A stretch of DNA of 64,000 bases. It comes from Octopus sinensis. Lineage: Eukaryota. Of this stretch, positions 53,171 through 64,000 are shown one piece after another. The position numbers and the translations under genes were made by a program. The stretch is taken from assembly GCF_006345805.1 (NCBI RefSeq), contig NC_043015.1:18910001-18974000 (forward strand), written 5' to 3'. Under the pieces are notes generated by a model, which ran no database searches, was not told the origin of the DNA, and saw only the letters and a program-made list of their open reading frames with translations. Numbering within the stretch: position 1 is the stretch's first letter; each line of letters starts with the position of its first letter.

Positions 53171-53638
53171 CACCCAATGGTGGATAAGGAGTCCCGACTT
53201 TCTGAAGTAAGTTGAAGCCCACATGAGAATATCCCCTGAAGATCCTGAACCTTCTATGATAGTTAAGGTTCATGTAACTTAACGCAAACCTGAGCTCCAA
53301 AAGTATTCGCAAGATAAGAGGGGGTATACTGATAAATTAAACCTTATATATAAGTAGTAGTTTGTATGAATGTAGTCTGATTGTCGGCATATATGGTAAT
53401 GCATGAAATACTGAATAGAAAATGCTTGAGAAATAATATACACTTACCTATTTAAAACCTGAAATGCTGGGGAATTAAATCAACGAATTGAAATGCAGAA
53501 TTAGCAAATATCTGTCAAATGTAAATAATGTAAATAATGTACATAATTCCTCATCTCTTAAATATAGAACTGAAGTTTACTACTAATATTCAGCAAAGTC
53601 CTAACCTTCAACAAAGAAGGAACTAATAGAAGCCCATC

Positions 53639-53984
53639 GGCGTGGCTATGTGGTTAGAAGCTGGCTTTCCAACCATATGGTTACAGGTTAAGTCTCACTA
53701 TTCTACAATAGCCTCGAACCAACCAAAGCCTTGTGAGTGGATTTGGCAGAGGGAAACTAAAAGAAGCCCGTCGTACATGTATGTATGTATGTGTGCATAT
53801 GTTTGTCTCCCCAGCACCGCATGACAACCGGTGTTGGTGTTTTTACGTCCTCGTAACTTAGCGGTTCGGAAAAAAATACCGATATAACAAGTACAAAAAG
53901 TAAGTCCTGGGGTCGATTTGTTCGAAGCGGTGCTCATGCATGGTCGCAGCCAACTGATTGAAATAAGTAAAAGAATAAAAGAAT
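53639..53984 (+). mobile_element. tRNA-head SINE, near full length, older
   Basis: Head, core and tail homologous to 45161-45566. Confidence 0.85.
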
Positions 53985-54009
53985 AACAGAATATAATATA
54001 TATATATAC

Positions 54010-54044
<35 letters not shown>

Positions 54045-54142
54045 TGTATGTATGTATGTATACACACATACACATACATATAGTATAGTATTTATACACA
54101 AAGAGGCTACCCTTTACAAGACATCTTACATGCTAGAGAGGG

Positions 54143-54423
54143 CAGCCAAATCCAAGCCCAAACCACGAAAAAGGTAATTCCAAAGGGAATGAAAACGACA
54201 ATTGTTAACAGTTAATCCCAAACTCGAGTTTCTGTATTAATGAGCAAATAAATTTATTTGCCATCAGTACTTAGGCGATACCACTGATTAGTGCCATCAC
54301 CTAAGTACAGTTGGCAAATTAATTTATTTGTTTATTAATACAGAAACTCGAGTTTGGGATTAACCTTAAATAATTGTTGTTTTCATTCTCTTTGGAATTT
54401 CTTTCGTGGTTTGGGTTTGGCTG
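54143..54423. repeat. About 280 bp imperfect palindrome
   Basis: Centred near 54287; contains the 3' half of a hammerhead (GAAA-ctcgag-TT). Confidence 0.9.
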
Positions 54424-55394
54424 TATAATTATATTATTAACAGAGAAAATAATATTACAATTGTAACATGTAGATGATACGTATAATACCACATACTCCT
54501 CTAACACCGAATTGACTGATACCACTAAGTATGTCTTGCAAAACAGATGTCTTCATTTAGGAAACAGATGGTACCGCTATGAAAAAGTCATCGATGTAGC
54601 AGTAAATAATATATAGGCCTGGCTAAAGAAGGCTCAAGTAGCTATCCCACAACCATATTCTTTCTTGTAGCCATTTCGATAAAAGAAATATGACAAAAAT
54701 AGGCAACTGTCTAGCAATTAAAAGAAGTTTACAATTATATCATCAAATAGAAGATTATCCAAAAATCAATCATTTAGAAGAATGGAATTATGTGTTATAT
54801 TTGCATAATAGATAAAAAGTAAATATTATTAAATGGATTATGGCGTCTTGACGAACTTTCCTAAGCACTTACATACGCACTCATGTATTTATGCAGATAT
54901 GTATTCGTATGCGCCTCATTTCTACTTTTCCTCTTCACCTTTTCTGTCTTTCTTTCCTTCCTGCCTTCTAGTTTTGGCGTATATATTTTTCCCAGTTTTT
55001 AATCTTATTCTATTCATCTGTAAAGAAAATAAGATTTCTACTTTTGAACTATTTTCGATATGTTTATTTTTCTCAATACATCTTGAAGTTTCTAACTTAC
55101 ATCTCCCATAAAGAGTCAGGCAGCTTATCGGAAAGGGAAATTGTTCTCCGGTATTCACTTTGGAATAGATATGTTGAATAAAGGTTATGGCCTAATCAAT
55201 ATTGCAAAGACAAGAAACTTGAACAAACTGCGATGGAAAATGCATAGCTTGTAATACTGTGTTACATTATTCTTTTATTTTTTACTTGTTTCAGTCATAA
55301 GACTACGGCCATGCGGGGGCACTACATATAGACATCCAATCATATCACTGAACTCTCTATATATTTGATACTTTAATATAAATAATCTCTCTCT

Positions 55395-55396
<2 letters not shown>

Positions 55397-55433
<37 letters not shown>

Positions 55434-55507
55434 GTATATATTATATTATATATATTATATGTATATATATATATGTTATATATATATGTATATATGTATA
55501 TATATAT

Positions 55508-55578
<71 letters not shown>

Positions 55579-55636
55579 ATATATATATATATATTATTAT
55601 ATATATGTATATATAATTATATGTATTAATATAGGT

Positions 55637-55682
<46 letters not shown>

Positions 55683-55688
55683 GTAATA

Positions 55689-55756
<68 letters not shown>

Positions 55757-56048
55757 GTATTATATATGTATATATATATATATATATGTTATATATATAT
55801 ATATATATATATAATGTATATATATATGTATATATATATATATATATGTATATTATGTATATATATATGTATATATATATGTATATATATATGTGATATA
55901 TATTATGTATATATATATATATATGTATATATATATGTATATATATATGTATATATATATGTATATATATATATGTATAATATATGTGTATATATATATG
56001 TATATATATATGTATATATATATGTATATATATATGTATATATATATG

Positions 56049-56084
<36 letters not shown>

Positions 56085-56088
56085 CATA
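55397..56088. repeat. Long degenerate (TA)n tract
   Basis: Visible. Confidence 0.95.
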
Positions 56089-56940
56089 CAGGGTGCAGTG
56101 AATAAATCGTGTCTAAATTACGCAAAAATGAAAATAACACTGACATCTCATTTTAACAGATATATTTACCAAAATTACATTAAAATATCTCGAAATACTA
56201 AGCAGTAAATTTAATTCATAAAATCGCCATTGGCTTCAACTACGGCCTCCAGACGACTTCAGAATCTCCTCCAACTCTTCTGGGTGGTTTCCTTGTTTAA
56301 GTTGGTGAATGCTACCATAATCCTTCCTTTCAGTTCATCTTTGATGTTACATGGAGTTTTGTTGGTCTCTCGCTCAGTTGCACCCCACACATAATAATCA
56401 AGGGGGGTTGCAGTGTGGGGAGTTAGGTGGCTAGATGTTAAGGGTGATGTGGTCACAGAAGTTGTCTGACAGCCATGACTGGGTTCTCCTACATAGAGTC
56501 TTCCAGCAGTTATTCTCTCCACCCAGGGCAGCGTTACTTCCTCTCGTCACTAGAGGTAGGCCACCGTGTAGAGTCTGAGGCCGTGTGGGAAGATGAGTTG
56601 AAGCATAACGTGGACATCACTAGTGATCACTCCAAACACCATGATGTTGACTGGATGTTTGATTTTTATCACTATCGGTACGTGTCCTCAGTTTGCACTG
56701 TCCTCAGATGGACACCCAAACACTCTCAAATGTTCGTATTGGAGCTTCCGGCGCGAATGCCAAGCAGTACAGCATGTCGTTTTCAAATTTCTGGCAGAGT
56801 GAATTTTGTCATGGTGCTGTTTTTCTCACAGAAAGTGAACAACTTACCCGGCTTTACTGTAGTCGACAAAATCAAAAACAAACAATGCGTATGCGCGAAA
56901 TTGAAAATATAAAATAGCGACAATTTACTCATCGCACATT
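56089..56940 (-). mobile_element. Tc1/mariner-superfamily remnant (maT/DD37D-like)
   Basis: TA-cagggtgc terminus; PLDYYVWG..ELKGRI..RF*SRLEAVVEANG. Confidence 0.75.
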
Positions 56941-57110
56941 ATATATGTCATTCACCCACGACAGTGAGTGAATATATTCTTAAAGTCAACTTTTAGCCGC
57001 TCGCGAGCATTTGCAGGGTTCATCATTATTTCAGTTTTCGACCAAATTCAATGCAATATCTTAGCAATGATGGTCCAAACTTGAGCTAAATTGTGAGATA
57101 AACTGATTAA

Positions 57111-57418
57111 CCCCTTACCCAACAATTATTTTGAAAATAAATGTATTTTTTCAGACATATTTTTTAATTGTTTTATTTTACTATGTTTTGAATGGTGATT
57201 TCGAGGTATATTTCAAACCTTATTTATTATGAATTTTAATTCAATAATATTGATTTTAAATTACCGCTTTGGGCAGAAACGAGTTAACCCGTTTTTAGAC
57301 GAAGGAACTCGTTTGCTGTCGATTTTGGCGAGTCTATCTTTTGACGAGTTAACTCGCCAGAGATAGAAAAAAACGATTTCGGTCAAAACGAATATATTCG
57401 TTTCTGCCGGGTAAGGGG
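57111..57418. mobile_element. piggyBac-type MITE
   Basis: TTAA|ccccttaccc ... gggtaagggg|TTAA. Confidence 0.8.
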
Positions 57419-58599
57419 TTAATTCAGTGCACTTTCAAGCTGGGTTGACAGGAGTTCTCTCCCGCTTGCAATGAATATAGAGTGCCAAAGCGCAGTGAAT
57501 AACCAACTGGAGAAGATGTCTTCCTGACGCTAAAATAGTATTATCATCGGTTCTTAGAGAACACTCATGTTAAAGTGGCGATGAACACTCCTTTTGGATC
57601 GTATACTGCTGCTATCTCGAACAGAGATTTTCTAATTGAAATTTGGCTGATTAAAGCAAGCTAGGCCAAAATGTGTGAGGTAAAAATGGGAGAGTAAGGC
57701 GAAAATTGATTTGAATCAAAATATCACTATTATTTTCAAAGAAAACATAAATATTAATTTAAATTTTAAAAAGTTGCAATGGAAAACAAAAGTTACAAAA
57801 GCCAAAGAAGTGCAGACACTTTTTGATGAACAATATCAGAAATTCATTTAGCAAATTCTAACTTCAGCAGTAATATTTTAAGTTTTTTTCTTCTTGCCCT
57901 ATATTTTTCTAGACTTAATTAATACTTGTCTTGTACTTTTCCAGGTTCAGTACCTGAGAATATCCTAGAACCCTTTGCCTGCATTTTTCATTCTAATATA
58001 ACTCTTATTTGAACTTTGATTCTTTGAGACGAATAATATGTGATTGTTTAAATAAGACTAAAACCTCAATGCTAACGTATTTGAAATAATGGACAACAGT
58101 CGAAATATCATAATCGATGGGTAAATAAGCATCTTTAAGTGAAACAACGCATTGGTAGGTAAACAAAAGTATTAACAAATAGAAGAGAGGGAAGGGAACA
58201 TCACCTTTCAAGTAACTCAGAATAGGTAAAGGTAAGCTTGCTAAAGTTTAATGCAGCTCAAATATGGAGATTAAGATTGTTTGGTATTGGATATTCACTG
58301 CCCACAGAGTTCGTAGTCAATTTAATCACAGCCAGAAATATTCTCTAATGCCAATATACGACTATATAGATTTAAAAAAAGTATGGAAGTCTCTACATAC
58401 AAAAAATATGTACATACGACGAATTTGGAAAATCTTTTAAATTAACAAACATTTACATGAAAGAAAATTACCGAAGACATAACACTCGTTGGGCTAAAAA
58501 TAACAGCTAAATAAAATTTTCTGGATAAATCTTTTAAATTAACATAAACATTTATTTACATGAAAACAAAATGACAGCTTCCAAATACTGTTTTCTGGT

Positions 58600-59484
58600 T
58601 GGAGCACCGCGAAGGTGGACAGGCTAAGGAAACTGAGGACCACATATCATGTAGACTTGAAAACAGCTGCCGCTACTAGAGCTGAAGCTACTCCAGGGAA
58701 GCGTGTAACCTATCGGGTGCATACTGCTGACGCAAGGGCCGAAAACCCCACAAAAGAGTGCTATCCGTCGGGCACGCAACGCTGCATCCACTTCTGCCTC
58801 GAGGGCCGACAAAGCCTCAGAAGAGAGTTCTATCCGTCGGGCACGCAACGCTGCATCCACTTCTGCTGCGAAGTTGGCAGATGGCGATAACCATCAGATG
58901 ATGAAACTTCAGTCTAATGTTCACCGGAAAGCTCTTGCCCATGGCTATTGCAAGCCATCGAGTAATCGAGGGCATCAAAGACGCTCAATTATGATCCTGC
59001 CGAGAATGGCGCCACTCATCGAGAGACTGTTACAGGGGATATGTCTGTAATAAGTCCATTTTGCAAAGCCCTCAAGTGGATTGGAGAATCCAGTGGCCTA
59101 TCCTGTTTAAAAGGAAAGGTTCGCTTGCCTCACCTGCAAAACATTCCTCAGACTTTCCTCTCTTTACTCCTTGGTCAACACCATGATTCGCAGCAATTTA
59201 TACAGAAAATTCGCGCTTATAACTCTACCTTCCAGATGACAAGTTTCGATCACAAACCCATTCATGAAGGCTCCTATATGTCAACGTTCAAAATTCAGGC
59301 CCAAACCTATCATCGGATAAGCTTTATTCTTCCTGTCAACAACGCTGAACACCGATTCCTTCAAATTTACTTCATGGGAGATACCACTGAGCAAACGGCT
59401 CACTGAGCTCGGGTAGCACCTGAAACAAAGTGAAAAAAATACCACCAAAGCAACTTATTCGTCCCAAGGACGGGTGCGTTTGCC

Positions 59485-59486
<2 letters not shown>
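58600..59486 (+). mobile_element. Helitron fragment: N-terminal Rep region joined to a 3' end
   Basis: 23-codon repeat SAIRRARNAASTSASRA (58755-58870); IRAYNSTFQMTSF..FKIQAQTYHRI..FLQIYF; terminal hairpin then CCGG|T. Confidence 0.8.
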
Positions 59487-59518
<32 letters not shown>

Positions 59519-59519
<1 letters not shown>

Positions 59520-60087
59520 CAAGGAAAAATTGTAAAAAGGCAGAATGCTAAATTGAAAGAAAATTTTAATGAAAATGGGCGTATGAAAAAAGTTTTTGAA
59601 AAATTGATAAAATATATATATATTAATTCAAACCGGTTTTCGTCATAATGTGACTTTTCAAGAATTGTAAAGAAAAAAAAATTTTAAGTGAGGAGGAGGA
59701 AAAAAGAAAATTACATTGTTTTTTGCAAAAAAATAATAATAAATATATACAAAAATTAAAAAATAGGTACTCCGATACATTGTAAAGTCTTTGTGTATCT
59801 TGAGTTTAATGATTGTTCACGAAAAAATTACCTTGAAGTATTGAGATCCAATGGGATTAAATCCATGTGTTGTTTAATTTAATTAAGGGTGTCTCTTAAG
59901 TGGAACTGGACTACTATTACTGCTTCCTGTTTTACCATCCACTTAAGAGACACCCTTAATTAAATTAAACAACACATGGATTTAATCCCATTGGATCTCA
60001 ATACTTCAAGGTAATTTTTTCGTGAACAATCATTAAACTCAAGATACACGAAGAATTTACATTATGCTTTTTTACAATTTTTCCTTG

Positions 60088-60088
<1 letters not shown>
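59519..60088 (-). mobile_element. Penelope-like module with hammerhead and fold-back, between (TA)n tracts
   Basis: Hairpin 59781-59904 / 59938-60061; terminal inverted 59519-59542 / 60065-60088; hammerhead at 59625-59666. Confidence 0.7.
59625..59666 (-). ncRNA. Minimal type I hammerhead, U3-A8 variant
   Basis: Minus strand aattc-TTGAAAA-gtca-catta-tgac-GAAA-accggt-TT-gaatt. Confidence 0.7.
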
Positions 60089-60133
<45 letters not shown>

Positions 60134-61133
60134 TGGCAAACGCACCCGTCCTTTGGACGAATAAGTTGCTTTGGTGGTCTAAATAATGAGTAATCAAATA
60201 AAATACATATATATTATTTTGAAAATAATTTATATTACTATAATATTTATTTAAAAATAATATAATTATTTATTTATCATTTAAACCTATTATAAAGGTA
60301 CTTTAATTTATGTTTACATTTAATTTTACGTTCGTCCAAAGAGTTTATGAACGCGCAATTTTTATTATCACTAATAAATATTTCAATAATATGTAAAATC
60401 TCTTTTATAAGATTTGTTTTAACCTGAGTCCCAAAAGGAATGATTAACCAAATATTATTTTTATTTATATGTTTTATATTATGATTAGAAAATAAAATAA
60501 TAATTATTCTTATAAAAAAACTCTATTATCTAAATTAGAAACTTAAAACATTAGGATTATGTCATACAACCCATTTATTATGTTAAATATTAATTTTTGA
60601 GGTAAAGAAATAGATAGAAAAATTTATTTATCTATTAAGATATAATATGGCTTTAAAAATCATAATAAACTCACAAATATCGTTAACTCAGTTATAGTCC
60701 AAAATCTAATTACCAAATTATTTAACAAAATAATCACTATTCATATTTTTAAATTTAAGTTCACATCTAATAATTATAAAATATTTAAAAATAATAACTA
60801 AATTATTTCGTCTGACAATATATTATTTTATTATTTGGTGGCTTATGTATTTGTAATATAAAATTTTAAGTTAATTAGGTATTATATTATTTGATATTAG
60901 GTCAACTTTGTTATTGATTTTTATATTAAATCTATAGATATTACACATGTATATTTATTATATGGTTAGATTATTTAAGGAGTTTGTTTATATTTGAACC
61001 ATTTCTTATTTTGATTATAATTTAATGATTTGTACTGGCTTTGGGTATTTTATTTAATTTTAATGTATTTAATTATTTAAGTATTATTTTATTTTTCACT
61101 TATGTATATTTAGTATTTTCAAATATATATATA

Positions 61134-61179
<46 letters not shown>

Positions 61180-61222
61180 GTATACTTATTAATTAATTAT
61201 TTTATTGTTCTAGTTTATTTTT

Positions 61223-61309
61223 AACCTGATGAGTGACTATATGTATATCGAAGTTATTTCTCTACTACTATAATCATTTCTTAAATATAGCCACGAAGCA
61301 CGTGTCGTT
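61223..61309 (+). ncRNA. Type I hammerhead with one core substitution
   Basis: aac-CTGATGA-gtgactatat...atatagccac-GAAG-cacgtg-TC-gtt. Confidence 0.65.
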
Positions 61310-61870
61310 TTTCTACCTATTATATACATTTTTATTATTATTTTTTGTAATTTACTTAATCGTTGATATTTTATTGTTATTTTAATTAAAATTTTTCTGT
61401 TATATGTAATTTTCTAGATGGTGTAATTTAATTGTTCATTTTGAATTGATAAAAGGTGGGGTTTTTTTCTAATTTTTATATATATATTATATTGTGTGAA
61501 ATTTGATTTAGTATTTCTGAATTGAATTTCTTTCCTTGTAAGTTTGGATGTTATTCCCTCAAATAATAATTATTATATATATGTGTATATATATATATAT
61601 AGTGGTCGTATACTGTCAACTCAATGTGACAGTCCCGTAAGGGAATTATACACCACCGCCATTTAGCCCTAGGAAGCATCGACGTCTCCTGTCAGCTTTG
61701 ACACATTGTCTGTGTCCTTATATTTGCAAAGGGGAGGCAATCACCCCTTTTTAATTTTAATATTAATTTTTAAGGTAGAAAAATAGATAGAAATATGTAT
61801 TTATCCATTAAGATATGATATGGCTTTAAAAAAAGCCATAATAAACTCACAAATATCGTTAACCCAGTCT

Positions 61871-61925
61871 AGTGCTCCAGCATGGCCGCAGTCAAATGAC
61901 TGAAACAAGTAAAAGAGTAAAAGAG
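61871..61925 (+). mobile_element. Short SINE/LINE tail insertion
   Basis: gtgctccagcatggccgcagtcaaatgactgaaacaagtaaaagag; absent from the paralogous repeat units. Confidence 0.85.
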
Positions 61926-64000
61926 TATAGTCCAATATCTAATTATCAAATCATTTAACAAAATAATCACTATTCATATTTTTAAATTTAAGTTCACATC
62001 TAATAATTATAAAATATTTAAAAATAATAACTAAATTATTGTCAACAAATATAATAATTAAGATTTAAAATTACTCTATAAATAAATATATAGACATATA
62101 ATTAAAAAATAAATTAATTAATTAGTCCATTATTACTTACGTAAATATTAAATATTGATATAATATATTTATGAAATACATTAAAAAATTAAAGATTAAA
62201 AAGCAAATTATAAACGTATAACCTATCTTAAAAGAACCGTATAACTATTTAACGATCTTTATATCTCGTTGGCTAAGTAATAACTTACAAATAACGTACA
62301 GTTATAATCTAATAATGAAATACATATCTTCAACAACTGAGTATAGAATCAAATTAACAATCAGTAGTTATATAGTATACAATACAATACAATAAAACTT
62401 ATTAAAATATCTTTAATAGTAAAGGTTTACTTAGCTTTCAAAAATCGTGTCATTAATTAAAATTATAATAAACAGATGGAAAATTCTTTTAACAATGAAA
62501 ACTACGAATATATTTTATCAATGATAATTACGAATATCAATGGAAAAAATGGCTATATTTTGGCTATAATAGATAAAGAGAACAAAGTCACTATTAGAGA
62601 TATCTATGAAGATATAATATGACTTTAAAAAAACATAATAAACTCACGAATATCTTTAACTCAGATATAGTCCAATATTTAATTACCAAATTATTTAACT
62701 AAATAATAAATGGTGGCCTCAATCAAGTGGGGCGTCAGGGACTTGATTTCTATGCAGGTCTCGTTGCACTGTTTAGGCGGAAGCAAATTTCTGATTAGCA
62801 TAATTGGACATCCAGCCCTTAGCCTAAGAAGGTGAGGTTGAAGCCCTGCTGGCTCCAATGAGTCGAGAAATTCGATAGGATAATTGACATTGTCTTGGGG
62901 GTCAGAGGTCCGATTAATCGATTTGTAAATGCGCTCCTCACCCGGAATTCGGCTTATGAGCTGGTCGTTGTTAGCACTGAGCCAATTGATGTCTGTATAA
63001 TTACTTTCTAGATTGGGGAACACTGTTTCCAAAATATCAGAAGAGTTTCCACGGTATTGCACAGTTCAGAGATGGATATGTCGCCCCTATCATTCCTAGG
63101 GACCTTGCCTTCTCTAAAGGCTAAAATGTCTTCAGCAAATGCTGCAGATGTGCTATCACCAAGCAAGTGCGCACGCATGCTTGTGCTTAGGCTTAAGGTC
63201 TTAACCTGGGGCCACAACGTGGATGACTTAAGGCATTCGCACACTTCATCAGCCCTGCTCACTTTAGGGATGACAGGAAGGTTTTGCCGGAAATCTCCCG
63301 AAAGCAATAGAGTTACACAACCCAACAAGCTGTAGAATCCCTGATATCTTTCAGTGACCGGTCAAGTGCCGCAAGGGCACCCTTATTCGTCCCATATAAT
63401 GAGACGGCACTGTCTAAGAACTTCAGCTTCCTCTCAATTTTTGCCAATGTTGCAAGTAGGAACCTCGACCCTCACCAAATCTAAAGACAGCTTGAATGCC
63501 GAGTGCGCCGCCCTACCTCCTGGCAAAAACCTAGCAGCGATTCCCGAGGCAACGGCTAGCGCAATTTGTTTCTCGCGACGAATCTTAGCAAGTATTAATT
63601 GTGTTACAAAGGATTTGCCGGTACCTCCAGGAGTATCGAGAAAAAAATGCCGCCCGACAGTTTTTCAAAGGCACTGACGACACTTTCGAACGCCAGCGTC
63701 TGATCAGAGAGCAATTTCGGTTCATTTACTCTCAGGTACTCCGCAAGGCCATCAGCATCATACGATAACGCCAGAAGTAACTTTGGTGCGAGTGTGTTAA
63801 CCGAATGTGCCCAACGCCGCCCCACCCATTTTAAGCAATGCATCCTCGATTTCAGTCAGCGCATTATTGTAGATCAGATCATTGTATCTAATGTCAGCAT
63901 TAGGGCACTGCTGCTTTGCCTGTCATCATTTACCTTGACCACCGAAAAAGCAAAATTACTTACAGAGAATTTCATAAACAGAAACGAATGAAAAAAATTT

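Larger units (their letters stand above)
60590..62710. repeat. Three dispersed copies of an AT-rich unit within the Helitron
   Basis: About 60590-60808, 61758-62040 and 62598-62710 share ataataaactcacRaatatc..tagtccaa..aattaYcaaat. Confidence 0.85.
60133..64000 (-). mobile_element. Helitron with Pif1-family helicase remnant, AT-rich internal repeats and 3' end
   Basis: DTPGGTGKS, GIAA..LPGG, IIWDE, LLSGDFRQNLPV, CPIMLIRNL (62712-64000); 3' hairpin then CCAG|T at 60136-60133. Confidence 0.85.

Noticed and set aside
53230-53330. CTGAAGA followed by a hairpin
   Set aside because: No GAAA, stem III or cleavage site after the hairpin.
37425-53984. tRNA genes
   Set aside because: The A/B-box sequences are SINE heads and do not form a full cloverleaf.
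54941-55019. Candidate minus-strand exon (tttctttacag ... gtgaag)
   Set aside because: Weak donor site, low-complexity purine-rich content and no homology recognised.
1203-56208. Many ORFs rich in YI, CV, HT or MYVC repeats
   Set aside because: They are translations of (TA)n, (TG)n and (TATG)n microsatellites, not genes.
58755-58870. Direct repeats with a spacer resembling a CRISPR array
   Set aside because: Only two units with a 69-bp period, in frame as a Helitron N-terminal peptide repeat, in a eukaryotic context.

Overview
AT-rich, microsatellite-dense animal DNA, probably intergenic or intronic. The SINE and repeat content suggests a cephalopod such as an octopus (inference). No host protein-coding gene is supported; almost every meaningful ORF is a transposon remnant. 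These include CR1-group, RTE, R4/Dong-type and L1/Tx1-type LINEs, Ty3/gypsy pol, Penelope-like elements, three copies of one mariner, Helitrons, a piggyBac-type MITE and tRNA-head SINEs. Four signals stand out. (1) A tandem array of Tx1/L1-type elements, each bounded by the motif TAGCTTGCTTAC from the tRNA-like head of the resident SINE, suggests a SINE/tRNA-targeting site-specific retrotransposon (40609-43928). (2) A series of type I hammerhead ribozyme motifs sits in (TA)n-associated Penelope-like modules; two have canonical cores, one has a U3-A8 compensatory core and several are decayed. Many of these modules form fold-back palindromes. (3) A cluster of (TAA)n-targeted R4/Dong LINEs is interleaved with a non-coding companion element. 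(4) A nested palindrome joins two facing Helitron 3' ends. All alignments and folds were done by eye; no database searches were run.
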